64,000 bases of DNA from Candidatus Omnitrophota bacterium (lineage in GTDB: Bacteria > Omnitrophota > Gorgyraeia > Gygaellales > Profunditerraquicolaceae): contig JACQXK010000032.1 in NCBI GenBank assembly GCA_016208765.1, forward strand, positions 54,385 through 118,384, written 5' to 3'. Position numbers and translations under genes: made by a program. Positions within the stretch are counted from its first letter, which is position 1; the number at the start of each line of letters is the position of its first letter. Positions 40,590-49,826 of this stretch are shown here, piece by piece. A model generated the notes under the pieces. It made no database searches, was not told the origin of the DNA, and saw only the letters and a program-made list of their open reading frames with translations.

Positions 40590-41830
40590 GCGGTTTTCCG
40601 GCTCATAATAAGGTTAACTACTCCAACAACGCTAAAAACACTTCCCACGCTTACTAATATTGCCAAATGAGAAACTCTTTCTGCCAGTATACTACTTAAA
40701 AACATAAATAACAAGAATCCTAAATGCATTACAATCTCTAAAGAACTGAAAATCTTACCCATCATCTCATTGTCGCTTGCTTTATGGATGATCGTGTTTG
40801 ATGCAATCATAATCGGAGATATCGCAAACCCAAGGATAAGGGCCAAAAAAGCAGCAACACCGAAATTCGGATAACGGTGTATTCCCAAGGCAAAAATTGT
40901 CATCATTATGCCGCTTAGGATTAAAGCGGCAAAAATCGCCTTATACGCGGAAATCCGCTGGCCAAAGCGGCCATAAATAAGCGAGCCGACAAACAGCCCG
41001 CTGCCTAAAAACATGATCAAAAGCCCTAAATCTTTTGTTGCTGAATGCAGGGTTTTTTGCACAAAAACAATAATTACCACATAAACTGCCCCAAGCGCTG
41101 ACCAAAGAGTAAAGATAACTCCGGCAGTAAACCTAATTTCCTTCTTCCTGATAAAATAGATAATCCCTTCCTTGATTTCCTGAAACACAGATTTTCTAAT
41201 AACCTCTACAATCTCCCGGCCCATCTTCTTTAGATTTATACGGCTGGAGGCTTTTTTAACAATAAAGAAAATCAGTGTTCCGGAAATAAAAAAACTGAAA
41301 GCATCCAGATAAAACCCGCTTCTTGCCCCCACCCACTCCACCAATACCCCGCTTATGCCAAATCCAAGTATCGCGGCAATCATCCCGGTGGTATTAACCA
41401 GAGAATTTGCCATCAACAAATCTTTCTTCTCCACCAAATCAGGAATAATGGACATCTTTGCCGGAACAAAAAACCTGCCGATTGAAAAAACAAGGAAAAT
41501 CACCAGATAAATCGGCGCCAGCGACTTTGTATAAAATAAAAATACCGGGATCAACAAAACAAGAAAACCGCGCAGGAAATCACAGGCATACATTGTCTTA
41601 CGCCTGTCCCAGCGGTCAACATAAACTCCTGCAATCGGGCCAATTAAGAAAACAGGGATAATAGTAAAGGAAAGGATCTTTGCGATTTCAATGGTTGAGC
41701 CCGGGGCACGCTGGTAAACAAAAGCGATCAAGGCCATCTGATCAAGCCTATCCCCTAATTGCGAAACAAGCTGCCCCAACCAAAGCAAAAAGAAATTGCG
41801 GCTCTTAAAAACATCTCTGAATTTAGACAT
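40577..41830 (-). CDS. MFS transporter
   Basis: Twelve predicted TMs and motif A GVYVDRWDRRK. Start moved to MSKFRD to avoid the tRNA. Confidence 0.9.
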   Translation of the reverse strand: MSKFRDVFKSRNFFLLWLGQLVSQLGDRLDQMALIAFVYQRAPGSTIEIAKILSFTIIPVFLIGPIAGVYVDRWDRRKTMYACDFLRGFLVLLIPVFLFYTKSLAPIYLVIFLVFSIGRFFVPAKMSIIPDLVEKKDLLMANSLVNTTGMIAAILGFGISGVLVEWVGARSGFYLDAFSFFISGTLIFFIVKKASSRINLKKMGREIVEVIRKSVFQEIKEGIIYFIRKKEIRFTAGVIFTLWSALGAVYVVIIVFVQKTLHSATKDLGLLIMFLGSGLFVGSLIYGRFGQRISAYKAIFAALILSGIMMTIFALGIHRYPNFGVAAFLALILGFAISPIMIASNTIIHKASDNEMMGKIFSSLEIVMHLGFLLFMFLSSILAERVSHLAILVSVGSVFSVVGVVNLIMSRKTAWLD

Positions 41831-41842
41831 AGATGAAACAAA

Positions 41843-41915
41843 AGCCGATGAGTGGAATCGAACCACCGACCCGCGCTTTACGAAAGCGCTGCTCTGCCAA
41901 CTGAGCTACATCGGC
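41843..41915 (-). tRNA. tRNA-Thr (CGU)
   Basis: GCCGATGTAGCTCAGTTGGCAGAGC-AGCGCT-TTCGTAA-AGCGC...GGTTCGATTCC...CATCGGCT cloverleaf. Confidence 0.95.
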
Positions 41916-41953
41916 GAAAAGAACAAATAATTATAACAACTTCTGGTTTTAAC

Positions 41954-42469
41954 TCAATTAATAAAATTAAATGACCGGGCGATTGAATCAATCACCGGCT
42001 CATACCTGAATCTATTTTCAAAAGGTGTGCCAGATTGAATAAGATAAACTTTGTTTCCATGAGGCCAAAGATAATGTTTAAAAAAGAACCTCTGTGAATC
42101 ACCTCGCAAGAAGTCAATAGAAACAATTGCCACCTCGTGCCCATTTATTGTATCATATCTTTTTTCAAGTATAGCTGCTTTTCCCTGCCAATGCCCCTGC
42201 ATGTCTCCAATAAATCTTTTTATGTAATTATCCACAAACTGGCTCCAATCTCCATATCTATTATAATCAATCCTGACCTGAAGGCCAGTCTGGTTATCCT
42301 TAATTATCTGCGCTTTTATTACATCTGTTGAATTAGGCGTACTTTGCGCGCTCCAATCAGAAGGATAATCAACCCGGTAATTATTTACCTTATCTTCTAA
42401 AACAAGGGCCAGGGTGATTGCCGGAAACAAAATTAACATAACAAAACCCAAAAAAAGCGTTCTTTTCAT
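41954..42469 (-). CDS. Secreted PsbP/DcrB-like protein
   Basis: Signal peptide, YRVDYPSDW and C-terminal IARSFNF, typical of the PsbP-like fold. Confidence 0.65.
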   Translation of the reverse strand: MKRTLFLGFVMLILFPAITLALVLEDKVNNYRVDYPSDWSAQSTPNSTDVIKAQIIKDNQTGLQVRIDYNRYGDWSQFVDNYIKRFIGDMQGHWQGKAAILEKRYDTINGHEVAIVSIDFLRGDSQRFFFKHYLWPHGNKVYLIQSGTPFENRFRYEPVIDSIARSFNFIN

Positions 42470-42533
42470 CCAAGCACAATTCCTTTCTTATATTTAACTC
42501 TTTTAATTATACCTACTTTTCCTAAAAATTCAA

Positions 42534-42561
42534 TTGACAAATCCAAGACAAATGCTATAAT
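42534..42561 (+). promoter_or_regulatory. Consensus sigma70 promoter of cspA
   Basis: TTGACA-16 nt-TATAAT with an extended -10 TG. Confidence 0.8.
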
Positions 42562-42661
42562 TTTTTTGATTTGAATATGCAAGGAGAAGTAAAGAAATTG
42601 TTAGTTTCCAAAGAAAAACCGCAAAGCTAAGTAATTAACATTCCAGGCTTTACGGTTTTTT

Positions 42662-42705
42662 TGTTGCAGAAAGCAACACACCAACCTTTCACATAAGGTT
42701 GGGTG
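42662..42705 (+). promoter_or_regulatory. Leader hairpin motif shared with the 627-756 array
   Basis: UGUUGC-AGAAA-GCAACA then CACC-AACCU-UUCACAUA-AGGUU-GGGUG, just before the GGGAGG RBS. Confidence 0.6.
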
Positions 42706-42731
42706 AATTGAGGGAGGTGAATTAGTAAGAA

Positions 42732-42932
42732 ATGGCAAAAGGTAAAGTTAAGTGGTTCTCGAACCAAAAAGGTTATGGCTTTGTTACAACCGAAGACGGC
42801 AAAGACGTGTTCATACACTTCAGCGCAATCAAAGGCGATGGCTATAAATCCTTGGCAGAAGGCGATGCTGTAGAGTTTGAGATAACCCAAGGCCCAAAAG
42901 GCGATCAGGCAACAAACGTTACAAAAATATAA
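42732..42932 (+). CDS. cspA: Cold-shock protein
   Basis: GKVKWF...KGYGF...DVFIHFSAI (RNP1/RNP2). Confidence 0.97.
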   Translation: MAKGKVKWFSNQKGYGFVTTEDGKDVFIHFSAIKGDGYKSLAEGDAVEFEITQGPKGDQATNVTKI

Positions 42933-42947
42933 GTACGTTTAGTTGAT

Positions 42948-42981
42948 AAAAAAAGCCGCTGTATTTTACAGCGGCTTTTTT
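42948..42981. terminator. Bidirectional intrinsic terminator
   Basis: AAAAAAGCCGCTGTA-TTT-TACAGCGGCTTTTTT. Confidence 0.85.
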
Positions 42982-42994
42982 ATTTCTATAAGGT

Positions 42995-44356
42995 TTATCT
43001 AGTTTTTATCAAAATATAATCGCTGGATTCAAGCACAACCTGCGCTTGCGTAAATAATTGAGAGGAAAAACCACTGCGGTTATAAAATATATATTTATCT
43101 TTTTCTTTAATAAGCACTCTATATTTCGCCTCATCAATATTCTCTCCCTTATCGCCCAGATAGAAACGAACCCCCGGGTCTCCGATGCCATAAAGATAAA
43201 CCTTTTCATCACCGGGCAAGATTTTCTTTACTTCTAAACTAAGAGCCTTTGTCTGCGGGCAATAATCAAGGTTAAATATTTTCTTATCAAATATAAGATA
43301 TAATAAAGCTACGCACGTCAAAATGCTAATTACAGCTACAGTAAAACGGCCGGTGATTTTGGAAATCCCCCAACCGAGAATTATCGTCATCGCAGGATAG
43401 ATCGGAATAATATACCAGTGCAGTTTTGTTTTTACAAAACTAAACAGCAAGAATACCGTCACATACCAGATAACCGGAATTAATAAGCTTTTTTCTTTTC
43501 CCCGCAAAAGCATGATAAAAGCAGCAATCAAAGCCGCAAAGCACGGGCCTGCCCACGGCCGGCCCTTGTTGGGCAAAACCTTAAAGTAGGTAAAGAATGT
43601 GCCGGTATGCCCCTCTATTGCCTGAGTTGAGCGCACAAAGAAATTTTTAAAGATATACCCACGGACAAAATCATTTCCATAATGCTTAAATGCCAAAATA
43701 TGCCAAATACCCAATATTAATAGTGCTGTAAATAATCCCCACAAGAAAACAGGTTCTTTTAACAGCTTTAATTTTCCTGATAAAATAAGATAAATTATAA
43801 TAATAACCGGAATAACAAAAGCAACTGCTGCTTTTGTTAGAAATGCAAAGGCAAAAGCAAGCATTGAGAAAAACAAATAAATCTTCTTCTCTTCCCCAAG
43901 CCTAAATAGAAAAAGTGAAAGAATAATAAAAAATGTTAAAGTAGTATCCAGCATTGCAGCTTTAGCTGACCAGATAAAATGCCAGGTAGAAATAAGGATT
44001 AAGGCAGATGCAACAGCGGCTTTTCTTGAAAATAATTTATTGGCGAATAAATAGGTTACTAAAACCGTGCCGATGCCGCATAAGGAAGAAAATAACCGGG
44101 CAGAAAATTCAGTTACTCCGAAAAGTTTGTAGAAAAATGCCGTAAACCAGAAATACAGCGGAGGTTTATCAGCCCAATGCCCGCCTGCCCAAGTTAAATC
44201 AATTAAATTCCCGGAATTAAACATTTCCCGCGCTACTTGCGCATAAACAGCTTCATCCCAGGACATCAAGCTTCCGCTCCAGATTTTCCAGATAAAAACA
44301 AATGCCGAAGCAAGAAAAAGAAAAATTAAATCTTTTTTGTTTACTTTCTCATTCAT
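42995..44356 (-). CDS. ArnT/GT39-like GT-C fold membrane glycosyltransferase
   Basis: WDEAVYAQVAREM, DKPPLYFW, EFSARL, multiple TMs and KLHWYIIPIYP. Confidence 0.88.
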   Translation of the reverse strand: MNEKVNKKDLIFLFLASAFVFIWKIWSGSLMSWDEAVYAQVAREMFNSGNLIDLTWAGGHWADKPPLYFWFTAFFYKLFGVTEFSARLFSSLCGIGTVLVTYLFANKLFSRKAAVASALILISTWHFIWSAKAAMLDTTLTFFIILSLFLFRLGEEKKIYLFFSMLAFAFAFLTKAAVAFVIPVIIIIYLILSGKLKLLKEPVFLWGLFTALLILGIWHILAFKHYGNDFVRGYIFKNFFVRSTQAIEGHTGTFFTYFKVLPNKGRPWAGPCFAALIAAFIMLLRGKEKSLLIPVIWYVTVFLLFSFVKTKLHWYIIPIYPAMTIILGWGISKITGRFTVAVISILTCVALLYLIFDKKIFNLDYCPQTKALSLEVKKILPGDEKVYLYGIGDPGVRFYLGDKGENIDEAKYRVLIKEKDKYIFYNRSGFSSQLFTQAQVVLESSDYILIKTR

Positions 44357-44466
44357 CTTCTTATCAATCTCCTCATTCTGCTATCCAGGCGCTTTCCAAG
44401 CTAATCAGAATAGTGTCCTTTTAAACTATCTAACATTAGGTTAACATAAAATAGGCTGTTGCCAAG

Positions 44467-44494
44467 AAAAAAGAGGGCTCTTTAGGAGCCCTCT
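44467..44494 (-). terminator. Intrinsic terminator of the lipoprotein cluster
   Basis: AGAGGGCTC-loop-GAGCCCTCT followed by a T-run on the minus strand. Confidence 0.75.
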
Positions 44495-44523
44495 GCTAAA
44501 CTTAAATTATATTCAAACCAAAA

Positions 44524-44862
44524 TTATTCTATCCCGCAGCGAGATTTAATTTCCTGAATCTTTTTATCAATATCCTGATTATATTCTCCTGCAGCAACTT
44601 TTGCCCGGTCAGAATAATCGCCGCTTAAGATACCTACAACTGCAGCTGTGGGAAAAACCATTGCCCCGCTTGCCCTAACCTGCTCGGCCACAGAATTCTT
44701 TTCGTTCTCAAGAGTCATAACATCCTCTTTAGCCGTAGAGCAGTTAATCGGCTTTTCAAGAGATTCCTTAGACTGAATGGAAACTGTCTTACAGCCGCAC
44801 AAAACAAGAAATACAAAAGGTATAACAGAAAACCTGGCAAATTTCATCTGCAAATCTTTCAT
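44524..44862 (-). CDS. Putative lipoprotein
   Basis: Lipobox LCGC and two further Cys. Confidence 0.75.
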   Translation of the reverse strand: MKDLQMKFARFSVIPFVFLVLCGCKTVSIQSKESLEKPINCSTAKEDVMTLENEKNSVAEQVRASGAMVFPTAAVVGILSGDYSDRAKVAAGEYNQDIDKKIQEIKSRCGIE

Positions 44863-44883
44863 AGGCTTATCTTTAACCCGGAA

Positions 44884-45318
44884 TTAATCAACCTTCTGCG
44901 CCGTTAAGAATATGGATTTTCCTAAGGCGTTAAAGAAATCCTGGTATGTTTCGGGATCTTCCACAGACTTAATCCCATATTGGGCATTCGCCCTTACCAA
45001 TAGCTGCTTTTCTCCCCGGGGCCTGACAGTCACGGTCATGGTCACGACCATATTGTTTGTAAACTTGGTCCCGGTTACAGAACCAAGCGTCAAATCCGCT
45101 TTTTCAATTATAAAATCCAGGTCCTGCATAGTGCTAATTACGGTCCGCATCATTTTCTCTTTATCGGAAGTATCAAAAGCCCTTGTCTGGATGCTTCGTA
45201 ATTGCACCTGGCTCTCATCAGTCTGAAATGCCTTATTGGCGGTGCTCGCACAGCCAAATAAGCCCAATACCAGAAACAAAACTGCACAGCAAACCCAATA
45301 TTTCTTTAGTTTTATCAT
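44884..45318 (-). CDS. Putative lipoprotein (paralog of 45315-45860)
   Basis: Lipobox LFGC, R.IQTR.FDT, QDL.F and DPE.YQ.F..AL...IFL.A shared with its neighbour. Confidence 0.8.
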   Translation of the reverse strand: MIKLKKYWVCCAVLFLVLGLFGCASTANKAFQTDESQVQLRSIQTRAFDTSDKEKMMRTVISTMQDLDFIIEKADLTLGSVTGTKFTNNMVVTMTVTVRPRGEKQLLVRANAQYGIKSVEDPETYQDFFNALGKSIFLTAQKVD

Positions 45319-45860
45319 ATTTTATGCGCCTCCAGAAAGATGGCCCTTGAGAGGCCGTCATAAAATTTCTGGTATATCTCCGGATCATTAATGGTTTCTA
45401 ATCTGCTGATTTGATTCGTCATATTCCATACGATCCTCTGGAAAGTGACCCTGACTACCGTGCTTTTTCCGTCAAGGCCCGGGCTTGTAATCACCGAAAC
45501 CTTAACCATCTGGTTTTTATCACACTGCGAAAGTGTATTTGAGCCGAGCAAAACATCAAGCAAGATAGCGCCAGCAATCTGCCCACCGTCTTTGGCATCA
45601 GCTTTTTTTGAAGCCGATACCAGGCCTAGTTTTGTCTCGCTGTCATCCAAAGTAAAGCTTAAGTCCTGCAAGACTCCGGCTACAGAAGTAATGATCTTAG
45701 TCTCGTCGGCAGTGTCATACTGCCTCATCTGCAACTGCCGTTTTTCCAGGCTATTCTCTCCCGGCTTAAGAAAACCCTTGGGAGCGCTGACGCATCCAAC
45801 CACTGCCAGAGACAAAGATATTACAAGCGATAGGCTTAAAATAACCCTTATTCTCTTCAA
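45315..45860 (-). CDS. Putative lipoprotein
   Basis: Lipobox VVGC, RQLQMRQYDT and DPEIYQKFYDGLSRAIFLEA. TTG start. Confidence 0.8.
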   Translation of the reverse strand: MKRIRVILSLSLVISLSLAVVGCVSAPKGFLKPGENSLEKRQLQMRQYDTADETKIITSVAGVLQDLSFTLDDSETKLGLVSASKKADAKDGGQIAGAILLDVLLGSNTLSQCDKNQMVKVSVITSPGLDGKSTVVRVTFQRIVWNMTNQISRLETINDPEIYQKFYDGLSRAIFLEAHKI

Positions 45861-45869
45861 ATTGCCCCC

Positions 45870-46274
45870 TTAAAAGCTTGAGGAATGATACGCAAAATCA
45901 CGCACCTTCTTATCTGCGTCAAATTTAACAACTATGGTCAGCGTCCTCTGTGTTTTTGAAGTCGCTCCGGAAGAACCTCCCACGCTCCCAAATATCAACC
46001 AGACACCGCCGTCATTATTGGAGTACGTCACATCGGTGGCAAACTTATCATAAACCCATACTTCCAGCCTGCTCTCGTCGGTTGAAACGATATTCGGAGA
46101 ACCCAAAGCTTCAATGACCTGGGACGAAGGCATACCTATGCGAATTTCCCGCTGCACCTTTCCTACAGTTACTCTGTCTCCTGCGTCTGATTGCACTGCC
46201 TTGCGATGGGATTCAGGGGTAGAACAACCTGCCAAAAACAATAAAACAAGTAATAAATAGACTACTTTCTTCAT
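45870..46274 (-). CDS. SmpA/OmlA (BamE-like) lipoprotein
   Basis: LAGC lipobox, GM...QV...LGSP, W.Y and L.I.FD...V. Confidence 0.8.
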   Translation of the reverse strand: MKKVVYLLLVLLFLAGCSTPESHRKAVQSDAGDRVTVGKVQREIRIGMPSSQVIEALGSPNIVSTDESRLEVWVYDKFATDVTYSNNDGGVWLIFGSVGGSSGATSKTQRTLTIVVKFDADKKVRDFAYHSSSF

Positions 46275-46448
46275 GATCCCTCCTTTTCTGAATTTAATGT
46301 TACCTCTAAATCAATAACCGGTCAAGTAAATTTCATGCACAAAAATCAGGATTAGTTGCCACCCATTCAACTGCTTGCTAAGATGGTGGCATTACACTAT
46401 CTAAACCGCGGAATAGATTCTGTGGATAGAGGATGTTTAGGAATATTT

Positions 46449-46925
46449 TTATGGCGAGCTTGTCTTTTGCAGAGACGATCTTGCTGGCACCCCCAGTAAA
46501 TTATCTAATCTTTCAAAGAAATCCTTTGCGATTCTTCCATGTTCTGAGGAAATACCGGAATCAGAACGGGAAAAGACATCTACATTAATATTATCTTTAC
46601 TGAACTCCGCAATTCCAATCCAGATTACATACTTTACTTTCTTTTCATTCAAATAAACTGCAATTATTAAGACATGAGAATCATCTATGCTATCTACATC
46701 TTCTACTACACAATTATTAACATCAGAAATAGCCTCTGTGGCGGCGTCAACAACTTTAGCTAAAGAAGCTTTATAGTAATGTGTTCTCAAAACCTGACTC
46801 TCTGTTGTCAAACTTGAAAATGATGAAGAATAGAAGGAAGCGCATCCGCTAGAACAAAATAGGAATAAAGACAAGACCAATACTTCTTTAGTACCCCTTC
46901 TTTGAAAGCGATTCAAAAAAATCAC
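46449..46925 (-). CDS. Putative lipoprotein
   Basis: SSGC lipobox-like motif. The start is uncertain. Confidence 0.6.
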   Translation of the reverse strand: MIFLNRFQRRGTKEVLVLSLFLFCSSGCASFYSSSFSSLTTESQVLRTHYYKASLAKVVDAATEAISDVNNCVVEDVDSIDDSHVLIIAVYLNEKKVKYVIWIGIAEFSKDNINVDVFSRSDSGISSEHGRIAKDFFERLDNLLGVPARSSLQKTSSP

Positions 46926-48306
46926 CTCCTATTCTTACTTTCTTAGTTAGCCCCTTTTCGTAACCAAGAAATTTACGCAGAGTCTTTTCAATAATCCAAT
47001 CATCGTCTATAACTCCATCCCCAAAAGACACAATCTCGCCATCCCTATTTTTTTTGACTGAATAAAAATTCAATCTAGAGTATCTCCACAGTGTAGCTTC
47101 TGGAGGCGAAGCTTCCAATACTCCCCCAAATAATAATGCAGATCCGGAATTCTTTTTGCAAACATTGACAATATAATCAATCCTAAGTCCTACTTCTTGT
47201 TTTGTTTCCCTATAAGAACCATAACTACTAACACTGTAAGACTTTGTTCTCCCAACATAAGCAACAACCAATATTTCATCAATGCCATACTTACGTAAAG
47301 TTAGCTCTGATATCTCATTATCTTTCATATCCACAAATTGGTATCGTGCCGGTGTTAAATTAAGGACAACGTAACCCTTTTCTAGAAAGTAATCTTCTAT
47401 CTTTTCTGATAATATATAGGAAATATCATTGAGAAACGGGACATTTCCTTCTCCCTCAAACCATTTCTGAGGAGAAAAGTTAGCCAAGTATTTACCTTCT
47501 TTTACGTGGTAAGTAACCAAATATCCATAGCGTTCAGCTAATGTATCTTCGGGAAATGTCGGCTTCAGCAAGAAAAAAGCATTAGGTTTAACCGAAGCAG
47601 CATTAGGGAAACCGAAGAATCTATAAACTAAAATTGCGATTTTCTTTTTACTCCCAGGATTACCTTTTACTTTAAGCTCACCCAGAGCCTTAACCGGATC
47701 ATCCCAAAGCCCGTGATTCATCTTTTCCTGACCTTCGGATATGACCTTACCATTAACCATTGTATATTTATACTTTGGCTCCGAAGGAACTTTGTAATCA
47801 GAAGAAGTCCCATCAGGCAAAATCGTCACTAATAACTTTCCGGAATCATAATCCTTTTTAACAAAATCAAGGACTCGATTTTCATGATCTGCAACTGTGG
47901 AGGGATCTACAATAATAGAGGCAGGAAAAGTAGAAAAATAATTCGCCACTATGAAACCGTTTTGAGGTAAAGAAAATTGGACCCAAGCTAAATCAGCATC
48001 CCATCCTCCGAATAACATCTTTTTAGCTTCCTCAATATAAAATTTAACAATAATATCCGCATTTTCTTTATCATCAACCAGCTCAAAACCTATATCTTTT
48101 AATTTACTTGCACATCTTTGCCTAAAATCATCTTTTTCCGATTCTTGCAAAGGCTTAACCAAGGGCAGAGGCACCCAGTGGAAATTATATTCTAAATATG
48201 CTTTTTTAAAATCTTTTAAAGCCTTATCTTGAGCAAAAGATGAATGTAAATAAAATAAATTTATCATTACTAATATAGGAATAATTATTTTTAGTTTTCT
48301 ATTCAT
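46888..48306 (-). CDS. Secreted hypothetical protein
   Basis: 472-aa ORF with a signal peptide (SFA-QD) and a GGAG RBS. AT-rich, no recognised motif. Confidence 0.75.
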   Translation of the reverse strand: MNRKLKIIIPILVMINLFYLHSSFAQDKALKDFKKAYLEYNFHWVPLPLVKPLQESEKDDFRQRCASKLKDIGFELVDDKENADIIVKFYIEEAKKMLFGGWDADLAWVQFSLPQNGFIVANYFSTFPASIIVDPSTVADHENRVLDFVKKDYDSGKLLVTILPDGTSSDYKVPSEPKYKYTMVNGKVISEGQEKMNHGLWDDPVKALGELKVKGNPGSKKKIAILVYRFFGFPNAASVKPNAFFLLKPTFPEDTLAERYGYLVTYHVKEGKYLANFSPQKWFEGEGNVPFLNDISYILSEKIEDYFLEKGYVVLNLTPARYQFVDMKDNEISELTLRKYGIDEILVVAYVGRTKSYSVSSYGSYRETKQEVGLRIDYIVNVCKKNSGSALLFGGVLEASPPEATLWRYSRLNFYSVKKNRDGEIVSFGDGVIDDDWIIEKTLRKFLGYEKGLTKKVRIGGDFFESLSKKGY

Positions 48307-48451
48307 ATAAATTTACTCCAGCAAGACATGTTATAGAGTTAAAACAAGAAAAAAAGAATACTCGGGAATGATAGTAGATAGTCCGAAGAACATGGATGAA
48401 ATTTTTGACACCTTGGAGTGGCAGAATATCCACAGTATGCTACTACAAATG

Positions 48452-48486
48452 AAAAATGCCGAGGGAGGGAATCGGACCCCCCACGC
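48452..48486 (-). repeat. Direct-repeat copy of the tRNA-Phe 3' end (att-like)
   Basis: AAAAATGCCGAGGGAGGGAATCGGACCCCCCACGC is identical to 48609-48643. Confidence 0.9.
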
Positions 48487-48613
48487 GTCGCTCGCGCGAC
48501 TCGCTCCTTAAGAGGGGGCAGGCCCCCTCTTAATATTCTCCCCCAAACGTGGGGAAACTTTTTCCCCACACCCCTTTGGCGTGGGGTGTCTCAACTAACT
48601 TGCTTTTAAAAAA

Positions 48614-48685
48614 TGCCGAGGGAGGGAATCGGACCCCCCACGCCGGCCTTTTCAGGGCCGCGCTCTACCACTGAGCTACCTCGGC
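48614..48685 (-). tRNA. tRNA-Phe (GAA), atypical T-loop
   Basis: GCCGAGG-TA-GCTCAGTGGTAGAGC-G-CGGCC-CTGAAAA-GGCCG-GCGTG-GGGGG-TCCGATT-CCCTC-CCTCGGC-A. Confidence 0.88.
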
Positions 48686-48780
48686 TAAATCATTCACTAC
48701 AGCTTTATTTTTACTTATCAGTAAACTAACAATACTTATTAGTGTATCTTATACGTCTCTTAGAATCTATGGACGTTCAT

Positions 48781-48847
48781 TCCTTAAGAGGGGGCAGGCC
48801 CCCTCTTAACGCTCTAAACTAAATTACTTTTTCCCCACACCCCTTTT
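48781..48847. repeat. Second copy of the palindrome TCCTTAAGAGGGGGCAGGCCCCCTCTTAA...ACTTTTTCCCCACACCCCTTT flanking tRNA-Phe
   Basis: Matches 48505-48577 on the other side of the tRNA. Confidence 0.85.
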
Positions 48848-49073
48848 ATGTTTTTAGCAATATTTCAAATTAATAGCTCTTTTATCCCGCAACGCGGGAT
48901 AATTGCTAAAAACATGTCATTCCCTACAGGTTATTCAATACTTTTAAGCAAACACATTAACAGCTTGAGCTTACTGAAAGTAAAACACATTCTCTTCTAT
49001 GCTTCGCGGATAGTTATCAAAAACCTTGTCGTTCGCAATCAATTTATCAAAAAACCAAACAACCTAAAACAGC

Positions 49074-49814
49074 TTAAAACACAACCACTATATTTTGCAC
49101 AAATTTTTCAATAAGAAAAGGAGAAAATATTAAATATTGCAAGAAAAACATAAATATCAAAATCTCCGGCAAAACCACCCCAGTGAAGAAATAGAACAGG
49201 ATTATCGCAAAAACTGAAATAGACACCGCGAATACTGGATAAACCATTGAAGAACAAAAAATCTTTTTGATCCCGTCAAAATTAGGGAATTTTGTTTTAG
49301 AAATCATTAAGTACGCCAAGATTAAGACCAGGATTAAGTACAACCCGGGCTTAGGCGGCAGTTGAGTATACCTTTTATACACCAGTATAAAAGAAGCCAG
49401 CACCCCTCCGCTTGCTGTTGTCGGAAGGCCGGAAAAACAATTCTTCATTTTACCATTAACAGAAATATTGTATTTGGCCAGCCTCCAGGCACTGCAGGCT
49501 AAATATATAAATAAAACCACCGTCGCCGTAATCTCAAAACGGCTGCAAATAAAAAAATACCCCAGGCTGGAAGGCGCAATACCAAAAGAAACCACATCCG
49601 AAAGTGAATCCAGTTCCTTGCCAAATTCGCTTGGCACCGGGTTTTTTCTTGCAACCTTGCCGTCAAAACCATCAAACACCACTGCCAAAATTATTGCCCA
49701 GCAGGCAAAGGTAAAATGTTCCTCAAATGAAAAAATAATTGAAACAAAACCACAGGCAAGGCTTAAAAGAGTTAAAATATTTGCCACATAATTTGCGAGT
49801 ATAGATGAAAACAT
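49074..49814 (-). CDS. pssA: CDP-diacylglycerol-serine O-phosphatidyltransferase
   Basis: ANILT, DGFDGKVAR...FGKELDSLSD...FGIAP, RLAKYN and FSGLP. Confidence 0.9.
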   Translation of the reverse strand: MFSSILANYVANILTLLSLACGFVSIIFSFEEHFTFACWAIILAVVFDGFDGKVARKNPVPSEFGKELDSLSDVVSFGIAPSSLGYFFICSRFEITATVVLFIYLACSAWRLAKYNISVNGKMKNCFSGLPTTASGGVLASFILVYKRYTQLPPKPGLYLILVLILAYLMISKTKFPNFDGIKKIFCSSMVYPVFAVSISVFAIILFYFFTGVVLPEILIFMFFLQYLIFSPFLIEKFVQNIVVVF

Positions 49815-49826
49815 AAAGAACGCTCC

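Noticed and set aside
41831-41866. Upstream start of the MFS ORF
   Set aside because: It falls inside tRNA-Thr.
42627-42890. 87-aa minus-strand ORF
   Set aside because: It is an antisense shadow of cspA.
48339-48609. Short ORFs on both strands near tRNA-Phe
   Set aside because: They run through palindromic repeats and the tRNA duplicate, with no coding features.
44524-48690. Intact prophage or integrative element at tRNA-Phe
   Set aside because: There are no integrase or phage genes, and the only att-like repeat is 157 bp from the tRNA.
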